Under the pieces are notes generated by a model, which worked only from the letters and a program-made list of their open reading frames with translations, did not search any database and was not told the DNA's origin. From Antedon mediterranea (Eukaryota > Animalia > Echinodermata), in assembly GCF_964355755.1 (NCBI RefSeq), contig NC_092676.1, positions 11,075,888 to 11,139,887 on the forward strand: a DNA stretch of 64,000 bases, read 5' to 3'. Made by a program: the position numbers and the translations under genes. The stretch's first letter is position 1, and each line of letters begins with the position of its first letter. Shown one piece after another: positions 12,622 through 24,599 of the stretch.

Positions 12622-14300
12622 CTGTATTATTCTTTCTTCCTGTCATTTTTTAAAACGTGTAAACGTAACATTTCATAGCTTTGTCAACATATGGACATTT
12701 ACGTGAAGTTGTGCACCTCCTATTTTTGAATGATGTCAGAGTTGTGCGATTTATGATTTGTTATGATCAACCATAGAATAGAAACCAAACGTTATTTTTC
12801 ATTGACACTTGGTAAAAGTGTAATTCATATAAAGGGCAAACTTGCTGTGGATAAATAATGGCGTGTTGTAAACAAAGTTACGCGCACGCGCATTTAAAAT
12901 TTGAAAATACGGACTGAACTGAACTGAACTTTTATTGTATCTCTTTTAAATCAGAGGCAAAGTCTCAATGAGATGTGCAACAAGTTTACAGTGAAAAATA
13001 ATTCATACACACTTAAATATAAATACAAAACAAGAAATTAGACATAAGAACAAAATAACAAAAAAAAAAAAAATTAAGAAAACTGAGACAGATTAAATAC
13101 TAAGAAAATGAATAAATTAAGTTTGAGAAGGGATTTTATTATATATATCATTTCGTGTGTTCCAAGCCATGGTCAGAAAAATGTTACAATGTTTGTCGAA
13201 AATAATACTTGCTAATTCGTATACATCATGGGTCAATTGATTTGGTGTAATTTTAAATTCATTATGGATTTCAAGATCATCGAAGAATAAGTGGTATTTA
13301 AGATCTAGAGAGCTAGTAGTAAACAATTCCCAGAACATGGACAGATTATTGTTGTTTAGCTCATCTTTAAGGTTCATGAGTATTGGATGTCTAACGTACT
13401 CAAGTCGTTTGCATTCAAATACGAAATGATATACAGTTTCCTTTTCATTACAATTACACAATAAACATATACCTGCATTTTGAGGTGACCATGCTTCTTT
13501 TCTACCTTCAAGTGGTAGAGAATTGGAGCGAATTTTAAATTCTAGGTTTGAAGCATGGTAGTTACACTTATCTAATAAGTATTTTTCTAGTTTTGGTTCA
13601 TTTTTATACCTTATATAATTACTTAGTGATGGTTTATTCTTAGCATTCTCAAGCCATTTCATCTTATCTCTTATAGTGTTTTTTTCTTTGAAATCTTTAA
13701 GCCAATTATTAGCATATTCTAAGTTAAAATGTTTTTGTATATCACAGTTGATTAAAATAGATTTTATATTATGTAGCCAATTCCAATTTAAAGTGTTTTC
13801 AAGTGCAAAGAGCGCTCTTAGCAGAACTTTTGGTAAACGACCTTCGTCCATGTTTTTCAATCTTTTGAAGTAGGACATTCCTCTATCCGATAGTATGGAC
13901 AATTAATTTCTAATCAACTTTCTACACGATTCATGTCATTTTAAGCATGTAAATGTTTACGTGTGCGGTGCGCACGTAGCGTTAATGACATAATTTTTGT
14001 GCGTGAATTATGTATTTCCATCCTTTTCTAGTAATTTTACTAAAGTTGAAACCATTTCGACTTAAAATCACGTCATACGATCAGGTCGGATTAGACAATT
14101 CGTGCACGTTTTTTATAAAAAAGTTCAAAAATTTGTCAAAATTAAGTCTTTTTTTACACAGTCATAGTTTCTAAAATAAATGGTGAATTTACTTTTATTA
14201 CATATTCTGGAAGGTGATGAGTTGTACATATCGGATCATGCATCAATATGGCTAACCGGACATTATGGAAATTTGTCCCTTTTCGGGTGGTGATACAATT
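12622..14300 (+). mobile_element. Related non-autonomous element (same family as 11450-12621), split by a LINE insertion
   Basis: Shares 'AATTTCTAATCAACTTTCTACACG' and 'GAGTTGT..ATAT..AT.CATG' blocks with the upstream element. Right boundary approximate. Confidence 0.5.
12915..13896 (-). mobile_element. 5'-truncated LINE: RT C-terminal region with C-terminal CCHC-type finger
   Basis: ORF 13117-13902 contains 'GRLPKVLL...CLLCNCNEKETVYHFVFEC'. (GTTCA)n tail at 12915-12930. Flanked by GGAC on both sides (12911-12914 and 13897-13900). Confidence 0.85.
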
Positions 14301-15146
14301 ATTGACTACAATTTTTATCAAAAGATATTAAAATGACATGGACTAGTCTAGTATGAACATTTTCAGACGTTGTAATAACTACCATCAACTTGGTATACCA
14401 AGGCAGAGAAAAATAAACATAACCATCACCTGATAGCTTAAATCAATATGCAATAAACTGTATTATACAGAGTAGCATAGTTAAAATTAATGAATAAATA
14501 AAGCTACTCTACGATGGAAGAACACCATTAATTAAATATCATGATAAAGAAGAATAATAATATAAAAGAAACTGTTAAAAGTTCCACTAAAGAATAAAAG
14601 AAAACTTCCAAGTTTTAATAAAGAACACAATGGACTAGTTTGGAATAGGAATTCTAAAATATATAAACAAAAAATGACGACAATGAGAAAAAAAGAAGGT
14701 GTCTCGTGATTTACTCAATTTATAAATACTAAAAACAGAATACATACCTATAAGGTTGTTAAACCAATATCAGGAGGAAATGAACAACAAAATAGTTACT
14801 CTACACTGCGCGAACACAGAATGATTCTTCGTTTCCTCGTAAACAGTTTTTAAATAATTATTTACACCTGTGAATAAAGGCGACTACATAATATATTAAG
14901 GGGTAATTATAATATTTTGAGCGTAATACTGATGTATTGACATATTTTCCAACAATGCTAGCCAATGTTATTACTTTTCAGTAGTTATTAATTTTGATTT
15001 ATTGCGTATATGTGTTTATTTATTTCATTTACAACAAACATTACACACAAATCACAAAGAACAACCCTCTTCAAAAGTAGACGATAATAATATATAACCG
15101 GCACTCTTAAACACACGTACACCAACTGAAATATTATATGATCATC

Positions 15147-18100
15147 AAGTTTCAAGTTTCAATAAACATTTATTTAAGATGGTCATTACAAACAATATAT
15201 AACAAACAATATTTTAACATTAATCAACAATTAATATAAGACCATCTTAGGGATCAAAATTAGAAGTAAAACTTGTCTCACAATGACCCCTAAAATAATA
15301 ATAAAACAAAATAAGAACGGTACCGTATAATTATACACATACAACGCATACAATTAAATAAATTATAATAATGGGGAGAACGGAAATCTATGGCAAGCCT
15401 CAGCTGTCTGAAGTATTCAAAATATTATATTATTATATCATTTTTTTATTATATTATATATTGTATTGTAATGAATTATACGTTTTGCATTATATTACTT
15501 GGTTTTAGCATTATATTATATCTATTTCTAATATATTATGTGAAAAATGTAACAAATTATTGACTTTTTGTACTATATTATTCGGTTTGGGCATTATATT
15601 ATGAACATTTACTATTATATTATTAATAAAATACATTATATTATAATATAATTGTATTATATTAAACGCATTTACTTTACTTTATAACATACAACATTAT
15701 TATATTATACGCATTCGTTAGTTATATTATTATTTTATATGATGTTTATTATACGTCACGGCTTATTTCACTTCTCTCTTTCTCTCCCTCCCCCTGTTCA
15801 CTAGCAATCAGCGGCAGAATCTAAATTATGTGACTGTTGAAGAAAAACAAGGCCTAGGCCTAATTATCTTTACTAGCTACGTACTAGGCACTAGGGGATC
15901 TAGCCTAGACGTAGCTAGCTAGACAAGTGACCAAGGACCACCGGACAGCTACAACTAATACTACAATACAATAATACTACTACAATAACTACTACTGCTA
16001 CTACTTATGCCTAGCTAGTAGAGGTAGCTACTACACTAGGCTCTAGTCTACTAGGGTGTATGTATGATGTTAACTAGGCCTACTAGGTCTAGGCCTAGCT
16101 ACTAGGCTAGGCCTAGTACTAGGCTAGGCCTAGACTTAAGTTGTAGTAGGCTAGGGCCGGGCCTGCTGCCTTAGGCTAGGCTACTACTACTACTACTACT
16201 ACTACTACCAGGCAGCCAGACCATGATGGGTACGACTACGAGTAAGCCAAAATGTTGGATATAAGTAAACCAAAATTCCGGGGTACAAGCGAGTTGGCAT
16301 ATGGGTACGGGTTGACCTGTATCCTTCTAGCTAATCGTACTAGGCCTAGGCCTCTAGTAAGTCTACGCTACCCAGTCCGGCTACAATATGGTTTATTTTG
16401 TTTTATAGCTTTATTGATAGCTGGGTTCAAATCTGGGTTGGGATGGTTTTTTTCTCATTCTAAAACAGATTTCCTTATCATAATAAATAATATATGAATT
16501 TATTTGTAATATTGTAATGTATACATAATATAAGTAATTGCCATTGCATTTATTATTATTAATTATATATTATACGGTTACCCCTTAATTATACTATAGT
16601 ATAATTTCCTTGTTATATTTTACAATTTTTTCTTCATAATTCTACAATTTTGTCTTTCACAGCACAAATTTATCATACTGAATCATCACACACCAAGTCT
16701 CATAAATTTCTACTGTATTTGTCAAAGCTACTCCAGCTACATGGTATTGCCTTGAGGCTAAACTACGTGGTATACTGGCACTACCATCATTCCTGGCTCG
16801 TCAACCTGGACCACATAAGCACAGTTTCAGTTTCAGTTTATTTACCATTTCAATTTCTGAACATAAGAGATGAACAACTTATATGGATGGTTAACCGTAA
16901 GAGCGAAGCTCGTTTACCGGTCACCCGTTAGTGCAGTGACATTACGGACAACATAAAGACAGGACAAAGGTGCAATACATAACAAGACTTGTGAATGCTT
17001 GTGTTTGCAACCCCTTAGATAAAATAATATATTTATATAAAGGAGAAAGTTAGATATTATAATATCTTTTCGATCATACAATGATAATTTTAAAATTACT
17101 TCCTAAGAAGTCATACTCCTGATTCAAAATAGTGACTTACACCCTGTTTGTCAAGGCTTTATTTTCTCTTATGCTTATTTCCTCCAATATACAGAGTACA
17201 TAGGACTTTTGTTATTCATAACTGTTGAATTGCATCCCAATACATAGTACCTATTGGTATTATATCTAAAAATACAAAGGCGGCTAACACAGATAGTTCC
17301 ATATATACAGTACTCTCTTATAAATAGATGTATCATCTCTCCAATCTACTCCCAACTACCTAATCTAATAATAGTACTATTAGCATACTACTATACACTT
17401 TGTAGACAAGAAGTAAGTTTTATACACCTAGAGGACTTATGGTAGTACAGTCGAACGCCCTCTCACTGGCCCTCTCAACATAATCTATACCTAGATTATT
17501 ACAGTAATTAAAGTACATTATTACAGTGATTTTTTTTTTTTTGCAGAAATCAAAGTTATGTGTATAGAAAGCAGTACTCGTATTAAAAACTAAGCAGGTT
17601 GTACTCTTGAACGCAAACTGGCAGAGGATATTTTGAATATTTTTTATTGTTGAAATAAATGGAATCCTAACTTCATTTTCTACAAACTGGAGACGAAGAT
17701 ATATTGTGACCCTTTTATTTAAATTTATTTGAATAGACCTCCATGTAAATTCATTAAAGGCTACATGATTGTTTTATATTTTAATATGTGATACTAATAG
17801 TAGAAAATTGTGTATAATGAGGACTAAGAATCTGATATTCACTTTCATTCTCATCTTTTTAAAATTGTATTTATAATGCTGGTAATGAGTTTAAAATTTA
17901 ATTATATTGACTAGTTTTGATAATCATTATGTCCATATAAATTCATTTATATTTCTTTTGTGTAATATAGTTCATATATTATGTATTAAATAAATTGGTA
18001 AGGCCCTATACTGTTATTATTTAAGGAAAGTGTATATACACTTTTATGCCTACCAATATTAGTATAATTGTTTATATAAATATTTTGTCTAATTGCCTTG

Positions 18101-20790
18101 ATTATTTGTATAGGCCAATGGCATCAATGTTTTTCTCAAAGCAAATTAGCCTAATAATGCCACATTTAGACACATGATTCATTAATTTCTGATATTCTGT
18201 ACTTGTGTATACATTACTAAAATAACCTAGTAGTTAATATATTTCAGTTGTAATGTATGTATAAACATTCAGTTTTTTTTCACATTTTTTAATTTAAACA
18301 TTATTACAATACCTACCTTTCTGATATTGTTACTATTGTATAATATTTTTTGAGGCAGATTGTTTTCAATAAAAAAAAATTTTAAACAATTATTTTGACT
18401 TATACTGTACAATATTAGTTCAGGAGATGAAGTGTGTGTGGGCAGAATCTGGTGTGAGGTGTATATTTGTCACCTTAAGACCTAAATTAGATGTTTTCTG
18501 AAGAAAAGAAGTAAAAGGATACGCTTTCAAACAACTTCAAGAAGATTCACACAAAAATAATTACTTTCCAATAAAATAGTATAACAGTGTATATTACAGT
18601 ACATTGAATAAACTCGAGCGGAATAATAACGCACATAAAAAAATATTCATTTTCTTTTCGAAAAGTGCCCTCTCTAGTTTTCTATTAATTTATTAATAAT
18701 TATTATTAATTAATGAGTAATATGAACATATTTTTAACATTTAATGCCGGAAGCTGGTTCTACTCCAAACAAAGTTTCATACCTCCAAAGTCCTATGTAC
18801 TCTGTATGTTGGAGGAAATAAGCATAAGAGCAAATAAAGCCTTGACCAAAGGGTGTAAGTCACTACAGTATTTTGAATCAGTAGTATTACTTCTTAAGAA
18901 GTAATTTAAAAATTATCATTGTATGATCAAAAAGAAATATTATAATATCTAACTTTCTAATTTTATCGAAGGGGTTGCAAACACAAGTGTTCACATGTCT
19001 TGTTATGTATTGCACCTTTGTCCTGTCTTTATGTTGTCTGTAAAGCCACTGCACTAACGGGTGACCGGTAAACGAGCTTCGCTCTTACGGTTATCCATCC
19101 ATATAAGTTGTTCATCTCTTATGTTCATAAATTGAAATGGTAAATAAACTGAAACTGAAACTGCGCTTATGTGGTCCAGGTTGACGAGCCAGGAATGATG
19201 GTAGTGCCAGTATACCGTGTAGTTTAGCCTCAAGGCAATACCATGTAGCTGGAGTAGCTTGGACAAATACAGTAGAGATTTATGAGACTTGGTGTGTGAT
19301 GATTCAGTATGATAAATTTGTGCTGTGAAAGACAAAATTGTAGAATTATGAAGAAAATATTGTAAAATATAACAAGGAAATTATACTATAGTATAATTAA
19401 GGGGTAACCGTATAATATATAATTAATAATAATAAATGCAATGTCAATTAGGGCCTACTTATATTATGTATACATTACAATATTACAAATAAATTCATAT
19501 ATTATTTTATTATGATAAGGAAATCTGTTTTAGAATGAGAAAAAGCCGTCCCAACCCAGATTTGAACCCAGCTATCAATAAAGCTATAAAACAAAATAGA
19601 CCATATTGTAGCCGGACTGGGTAGCGTAGACTTACTTGAGGCCTAGGCCTAGTATGATTAGCTAGAATGATACAGGTCAACCCGTACCAATGCCAACTCG
19701 CTCGTACCCAAATTTTGGTTTACTTATATCCAAAATTTTGGCTTACTCGTACCCATCATGGGCTGGCTGCCTAGTAGTAGTAGTAGTAGTAGTAGTAGTA
19801 GCCTAGCCTATAAGGCAGCAGGCCCGGCTCTAGCCTACTACAACTTAAGTCTAGGCCTAGCCTAGTACTAGTAGGCCTAGCCTAGGCCTAGTACTAGTAG
19901 TTAATATCATACATACGCCCTACGAGCCTAGTAGTAGCTACCGGATCCGTAGCTACCTACTCTACTAGCTAGGCCTAGGTAGTAGCAGTAGTAGTTATTG
20001 TTTGTAGTAGTATTATTGTATTGTAGTATTAGTTGTAGCTGTCCGGTGGTCCTTGGTCACTTATCTAACTAGCTACGTCTAGGCTAGATCCCCTGGTAGG
20101 CCTAGGCCTACGTAGTAAAGATAATAGTTATTCTTCGACAGTCACACAATTCAGATTCTGCCGCTGATTGCTAGTGAACAGGGGGAGGGAGAGAAAGAGT
20201 TAGAAGAACTGAAATAAGCCGTGACGTATAATAAACATCATATAAAATAATAATAATAACTAACGAATGCGTATAATATAATAATGTTGTATGTTATAAA
20301 GTAAAGTAAATGCGTTTAATATAATACAATTATATTATAATATAAGGTATTTTATTAATAATATAATAGTAAATGTTCATAATATAATGCCAAAACCGAA
20401 TAAAATAATACAAAAAGTCAATAATTTGTTACATTTTTCACATAATATATTAGAAATAGATATAATATAATGCTAAAACCAAGTAATATAACGCAAAACG
20501 TAAAATTCATTACAATACAATATATAATATAATAAAAAATGATATAGTAATATAATATTTTGAATACTTCAGACAGCTGAGGCTTGCCATAGAAATCGGT
20601 CTATAATTGTTAAGTAAATTTGCATTTCCCTTTTTAAAAACTGGGACCACTTTAGCTAATTTTATGTGGTCAGGTACGATTCCTGTAGTAAAAGATAAAT
20701 TAATAACATAAGTAAGAGGAATTAAAATAAAAGGAGTAACTTTTTTAAAAAACAAAAGGTGTAAGGGAGTCGTGTCCTGATCCTTTATTG
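15147..20790 (-). pseudogene. Internally deleted LINE remnant that hosts the foldback element (pieces 15147-15387 and 20593-20790)
   Basis: 'KLAKVVPVFKKGNANLLNNYRPI|SVLPII' is restored when the insert is removed. (TTGAAAC)n-type tail near 15147-15162. Confidence 0.75.
15388..20592. mobile_element. Foldback-type non-autonomous DNA element with ~1.8-kb terminal inverted repeats
   Basis: Arms 15388-17209 and 18787-20592 are reverse complements (mirror ORFs 16650-16931 on + and 19054-19335 on -). Termini CTATGGCAAGCCTCAGCTG / CAGCTGAGGCTTGCCATAG. TSD is AAAT, or GAAATC if the termini are read one base further in. Confidence 0.92.
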
Positions 20791-20960
20791 GAAACATCGT
20801 TATGTTCGTATACCACCCGATTAATCTACTGTATTTAGATTTCTTCAGTATCATATGACAATTTCGTATGCTTCATATATATCGCCTAGTATCGTAGACT
20901 ATAGGATAACTCTTAACCAAGCTTTATGTGATACAAGCACCATAATATGATAGTATACAA

Positions 20961-21853
20961 ATAATGAATGTTATGAGTGTAATGGTACAAATAATTGCAT
21001 GAGGTGAATGATGAAAGGTTATATTTCAACGAGGCGCGAGGCGAGTTGAAATATAACCTTTCATCATTCATCAAATGTCATTATTTGTACCATTAGACGA
21101 ATATAAAACATTCATTATTTGTTTTATATAACATCTAAATAGATTCCTGTCATTTGAATCAAATAAAAGGTAGGCATAGGCTAGGGCCTAGCCAAGACCT
21201 ACATTTGATTCACATTGATTATAACAGTAACATTTGGTTTTTAATACTAATTATTAAATATTATTAATCATGTGGATTTTATAAACGCACCTACTGTAGT
21301 GTTAATTATGTCAACAAACGACCAAACAATCCTAGGCCTAGCAAGGCTAAAACGCCGAGGCGTAGCCTAATACTAACAGGCCTAGGCCTATTACTAGCTA
21401 GCCTGGGCCTAGGGTGAAAGACAGCAATACGAAACTTCGACAGGCAACTTAAATCATAAGCTAATTATGTTTTTTCCGACGATTCCACATCTTGTAGGGA
21501 TGTCCCCATTAATTAATCGAAATCCTAAAAACGACGTAAAGCCAATTTAAATGCCTTTTTGAATGAAATTAGTACATATAATATCTCTCCAAATCGTACA
21601 CCGCGAAACATTTTTCGTACACAAAAATGTTTAAAAAAGAAACGAAACTGAGTCCAGACGACAGGTGATACTGTTGTATCTCACAGTAATTTGTATACTA
21701 GATTTTTTTTCATCCGGGAAATGTTTTTTTTTTCGTACACAAAAATGTTTAAAAAAGTACTATTAAACGATCGTTTAATAGTGCGTACTATTGCACGCCA
21801 TGTGACCCACAATCGTCCAATCAAATGACTGGAATTTATTTAGGTGTTATATA
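20961..21853. mobile_element. Palindromic non-autonomous element, possibly Crypton-like
   Basis: ~160-bp imperfect hairpin at 20961-21120 centred on CGAGGCGCGAGGCGAG. Inverted TTATATAACA..TGTTATATAA at ~21125 and ~21844-21853. Internal direct repeat TTTTTCGTACACAAAAATGTTTAAAAAA at 21611 and 21729. Family assignment is from memory only. Confidence 0.45.
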
Positions 21854-22210
21854 AACTATAATATGAGAGGCTTCGAAAATATGATGTAGATACAGCAATG
21901 AGATCATGTAGGCCTACGTGTAGTTTCTTTTCTTCTGCTAACTAAGCTTGAGTACATGGGATGGAGGATGTATTATTATGTAATATGTATTTTACTGATA
22001 CTGATGTAGCTATGTAAGCTTATGAACGGTTTGACTAATTAAATAAATAAATAGAGGGATAACGTTTTGGCGCGTCTATGATCGATATTTGTGCGGCTCT
22101 CTAAACGCAGAGATCCTCTTATTTTCCCAGTAATATTACTATTCAGTAATATTATAAAGATTTTCAGTATTTTGTACAGCACATTTCCAGTCGAAAAGTG
22201 TCCTCGTCCA

Positions 22211-22212
<2 letters not shown>

Positions 22213-22255
<43 letters not shown>

Positions 22256-22340
22256 CACTATCACTATCACTATCACTATCACTATCACTATTACTATCAC
22301 TATCACTATCACTATCACTATCATTGTCATTATTATTATT
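22213..22340. repeat. Compound microsatellite (ATT)n-(ATCACT)n
   Basis: Read directly. It explains the low-complexity ORFs at 22091-22361. Confidence 0.97.
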
Positions 22341-22640
22341 AAGATTTGTGTATGGTTGCATACTTTAAAAAATATCTATACTAATATTTGTATAGGTATG
22401 GTATAGGTATGGCCTCACCATAACTGTGGTGAGGCCTACTTTATTCTTGGGATTTCTGACCTGTGTTTAGTTAATTGAACCCGGATAATCTTGCTTTACT
22501 TATACTTAATGTTCAAATAAGCTTGTATTTTGATTTCCGGGGTAGTGCCAAAGGGCCAAACACGGAATCAAGTGTTTAACCTATTGCTACTTTAACCCGG
22601 ATTTCAATTTAAAAAATCCCCAAACCAGAGTGTATTTTTT
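22335..22640 (+). repeat. ~310-bp direct repeat, copy 1 (copy 2 at ~24030-24358)
   Basis: ATTATTAAGATTTGTGTA...CAAACCAGAGTGTATTTTTTT is present twice with small indels. Confidence 0.9.
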
Positions 22641-22659
22641 TTATTGTACTGTATTGATG

Positions 22660-22738
22660 TTACTACAGGTTGATCAAGCTTTAATGTTTTGATAGCTGAT
22701 CTATGTTGTGTCATTCTCATACGGAGCGTTTTTTTTTT
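22660..22738 (-). pseudogene. Small GIY-YIG endonuclease fragment, Penelope-like
   Basis: Translates 'KTLRMRMTQHRSAIKTLKLDQPVV', matching the 'T.R.L..R..EH...I......PVA.H' segment of Penelope GIY-YIG domains. Confidence 0.6.
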
Positions 22739-23545
22739 CGTAGCCATGTAGAAATTGTATGCGCAGACAGATTGTTCTATTGACATGTCTGCGTCGATGA
22801 TTAATTGACAACAACAATATATTGCTGAACAATTCTGTTTAATTTCATCACAATCGGACTACGAAAAGTTCACTTTCTTACGACTGGTAATTTTAAGTAG
22901 TTGGTAATATTAATAAAATATGCAATTTTTATATTTGAATTATCATAGTGGCCTGCCACCTCCTGTCATTAAAAATTGTGCTAATCTATAGAATATTAGA
23001 ATTATGCATTTGACCATGTATGTTGTTACCGTGTCTTGTGGTCTCAAGTACAACAAACGTGTTTTTAATATATGGCCAAGCAGTGGTTTCTTCATAAATC
23101 TCCTTAATTATCGATGTGATTATATTTAAATTGTAGTGCCTGGTGATTGGCTAGTCGTTATGTCATCCACATCACATCCAATCACCGGGCCTAACTGAAT
23201 GTAAACTGCGATCCCTGATCCGGGATTGGCTGGCTATGTATAGTTGCGATACGTCACCACTGACTCTACTACTCTCTAGCGCTCGTTTCGTTTTGAAAAG
23301 TAGACGCAAGGCAAACTTAACCATGAACAAACGAAGCATAAAAGTACCTTGTCTATTACTGATTATTATTCCCACAAGAAGTAGACAACGATGAGTATAG
23401 ATCATGATTACACGTTGTAGCTACTACACATAAGATTAGCCTACCAACAGGCCTACCTAGGCCTATATCAATGTCGGCAAATCATAGGGTTTACTAGTAA
23501 CCCTAGAAGGCTTGCTGATTTTGTAATTTTAAATGTAGGCTGAGA
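22739..23545 (+). repeat. ~800-bp duplicated segment; second copy at 37526-38246 plus 42986-43095, split by the Academ-like element
   Basis: Near-identical ORFs at 23172-23405 and 37959-38192. This copy preserves the empty site GGCCTAC-CTA-GGCCTATATCA. Confidence 0.92.
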
Positions 23546-24599
23546 CAACAACTAATTGTTGTCTCAGATGTAAGGCTACTACAGGTTATAAAATGCTACT
23601 TTAAGGTCATAAAAACATTAGCGTAGATTAATTGCGGCAGATTTCGAACATGGCAAAATTAATGTTTTTTAAACCCAAAGGGTACTACAATTTACAAACA
23701 AAATGTATTTAATCTTGTAATTACATGTATTAATAATCTTGTAATATTTCTGGGAGAAAAGTTATATTACATTCGTCGCATAAAGTTTTGTTCGTCGCCA
23801 TAGCAGCTAGCGCTAAAAATATAAAATATTAATCACGCCACCAGGATAAGAGCGCGCGAAAGCATAGCCAACAAGGTTAAAGGTTGTTGAGCATGTGCAG
23901 TAAACAATATGTTAGGCACGCGACCGTTTTGTTGTTAACGACGGTTAATTAAACTGTGTTTATTTTGTAACAGTGTGGGCGGTCCGCGCTCTGTCAGCTA
24001 GATTCATGGAAGCTTATCATTATCATTAATATTATTAAGATTTGTGTACGGTTGCATACTTTTAAAAATATCTATACTAATATTTGTATAGGTATGGCAT
24101 AGGTATGGTATGGTATGGCCCATAACTATGGTGAGGCCTACTTTATTCTTGGGAAAACAAAGTATTGATTTCCGACCTGTGTTTAGTTAATTGAACCCGG
24201 ATAATCTTGCTTTACTTATACTTAATGTTCAAATAAGCTTGTATTTTGATTTCCGGGGTAGTGCCAAAGGGCCAAACACGGAATCAAGTGTTTAACCTAT
24301 TGCTACTTTAACCCGGATTTCAATTAAAAAAATCCTCAAACCAGAGTGTATTTTTTTTGCGCACGATACTACAAGGTCAAGGTCATATATACTGGCGAGG
24401 CGAGGGATCGGCGCAGGCGCAGAGAGACAGTATTGAGATAAACTCCAGTGTAAGATACTAGATGAACTTTAATTCAATTCTAAAGAATCAAATCAGAAAT
24501 AACATTATCAGTAAAACAGTAATGACAGTCTCACGAAAATTAACAGATTACATTGTTACAATACTAATAATACACAACAAGTTAACTTACAACTTATCT

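Noticed and set aside
16650-19335. Two near-identical 93-aa ORFs on opposite strands as a duplicated gene
   Set aside because: They are mirror images within the foldback arms, start at TTG, overlap a LINE tail and show no recognisable domain.
15388-20592. Autonomous Polinton/Maverick
   Set aside because: No pPolB, integrase or capsid ORFs and no AG..CT termini. Only the alternative 6-bp TSD reading and long TIRs fit.
22091-22361. ORFs with poly-Tyr/His, poly-Ile/Val and Asn/Asp-Ser tracts
   Set aside because: They are translations of the (ATT)n(ATCACT)n microsatellite.
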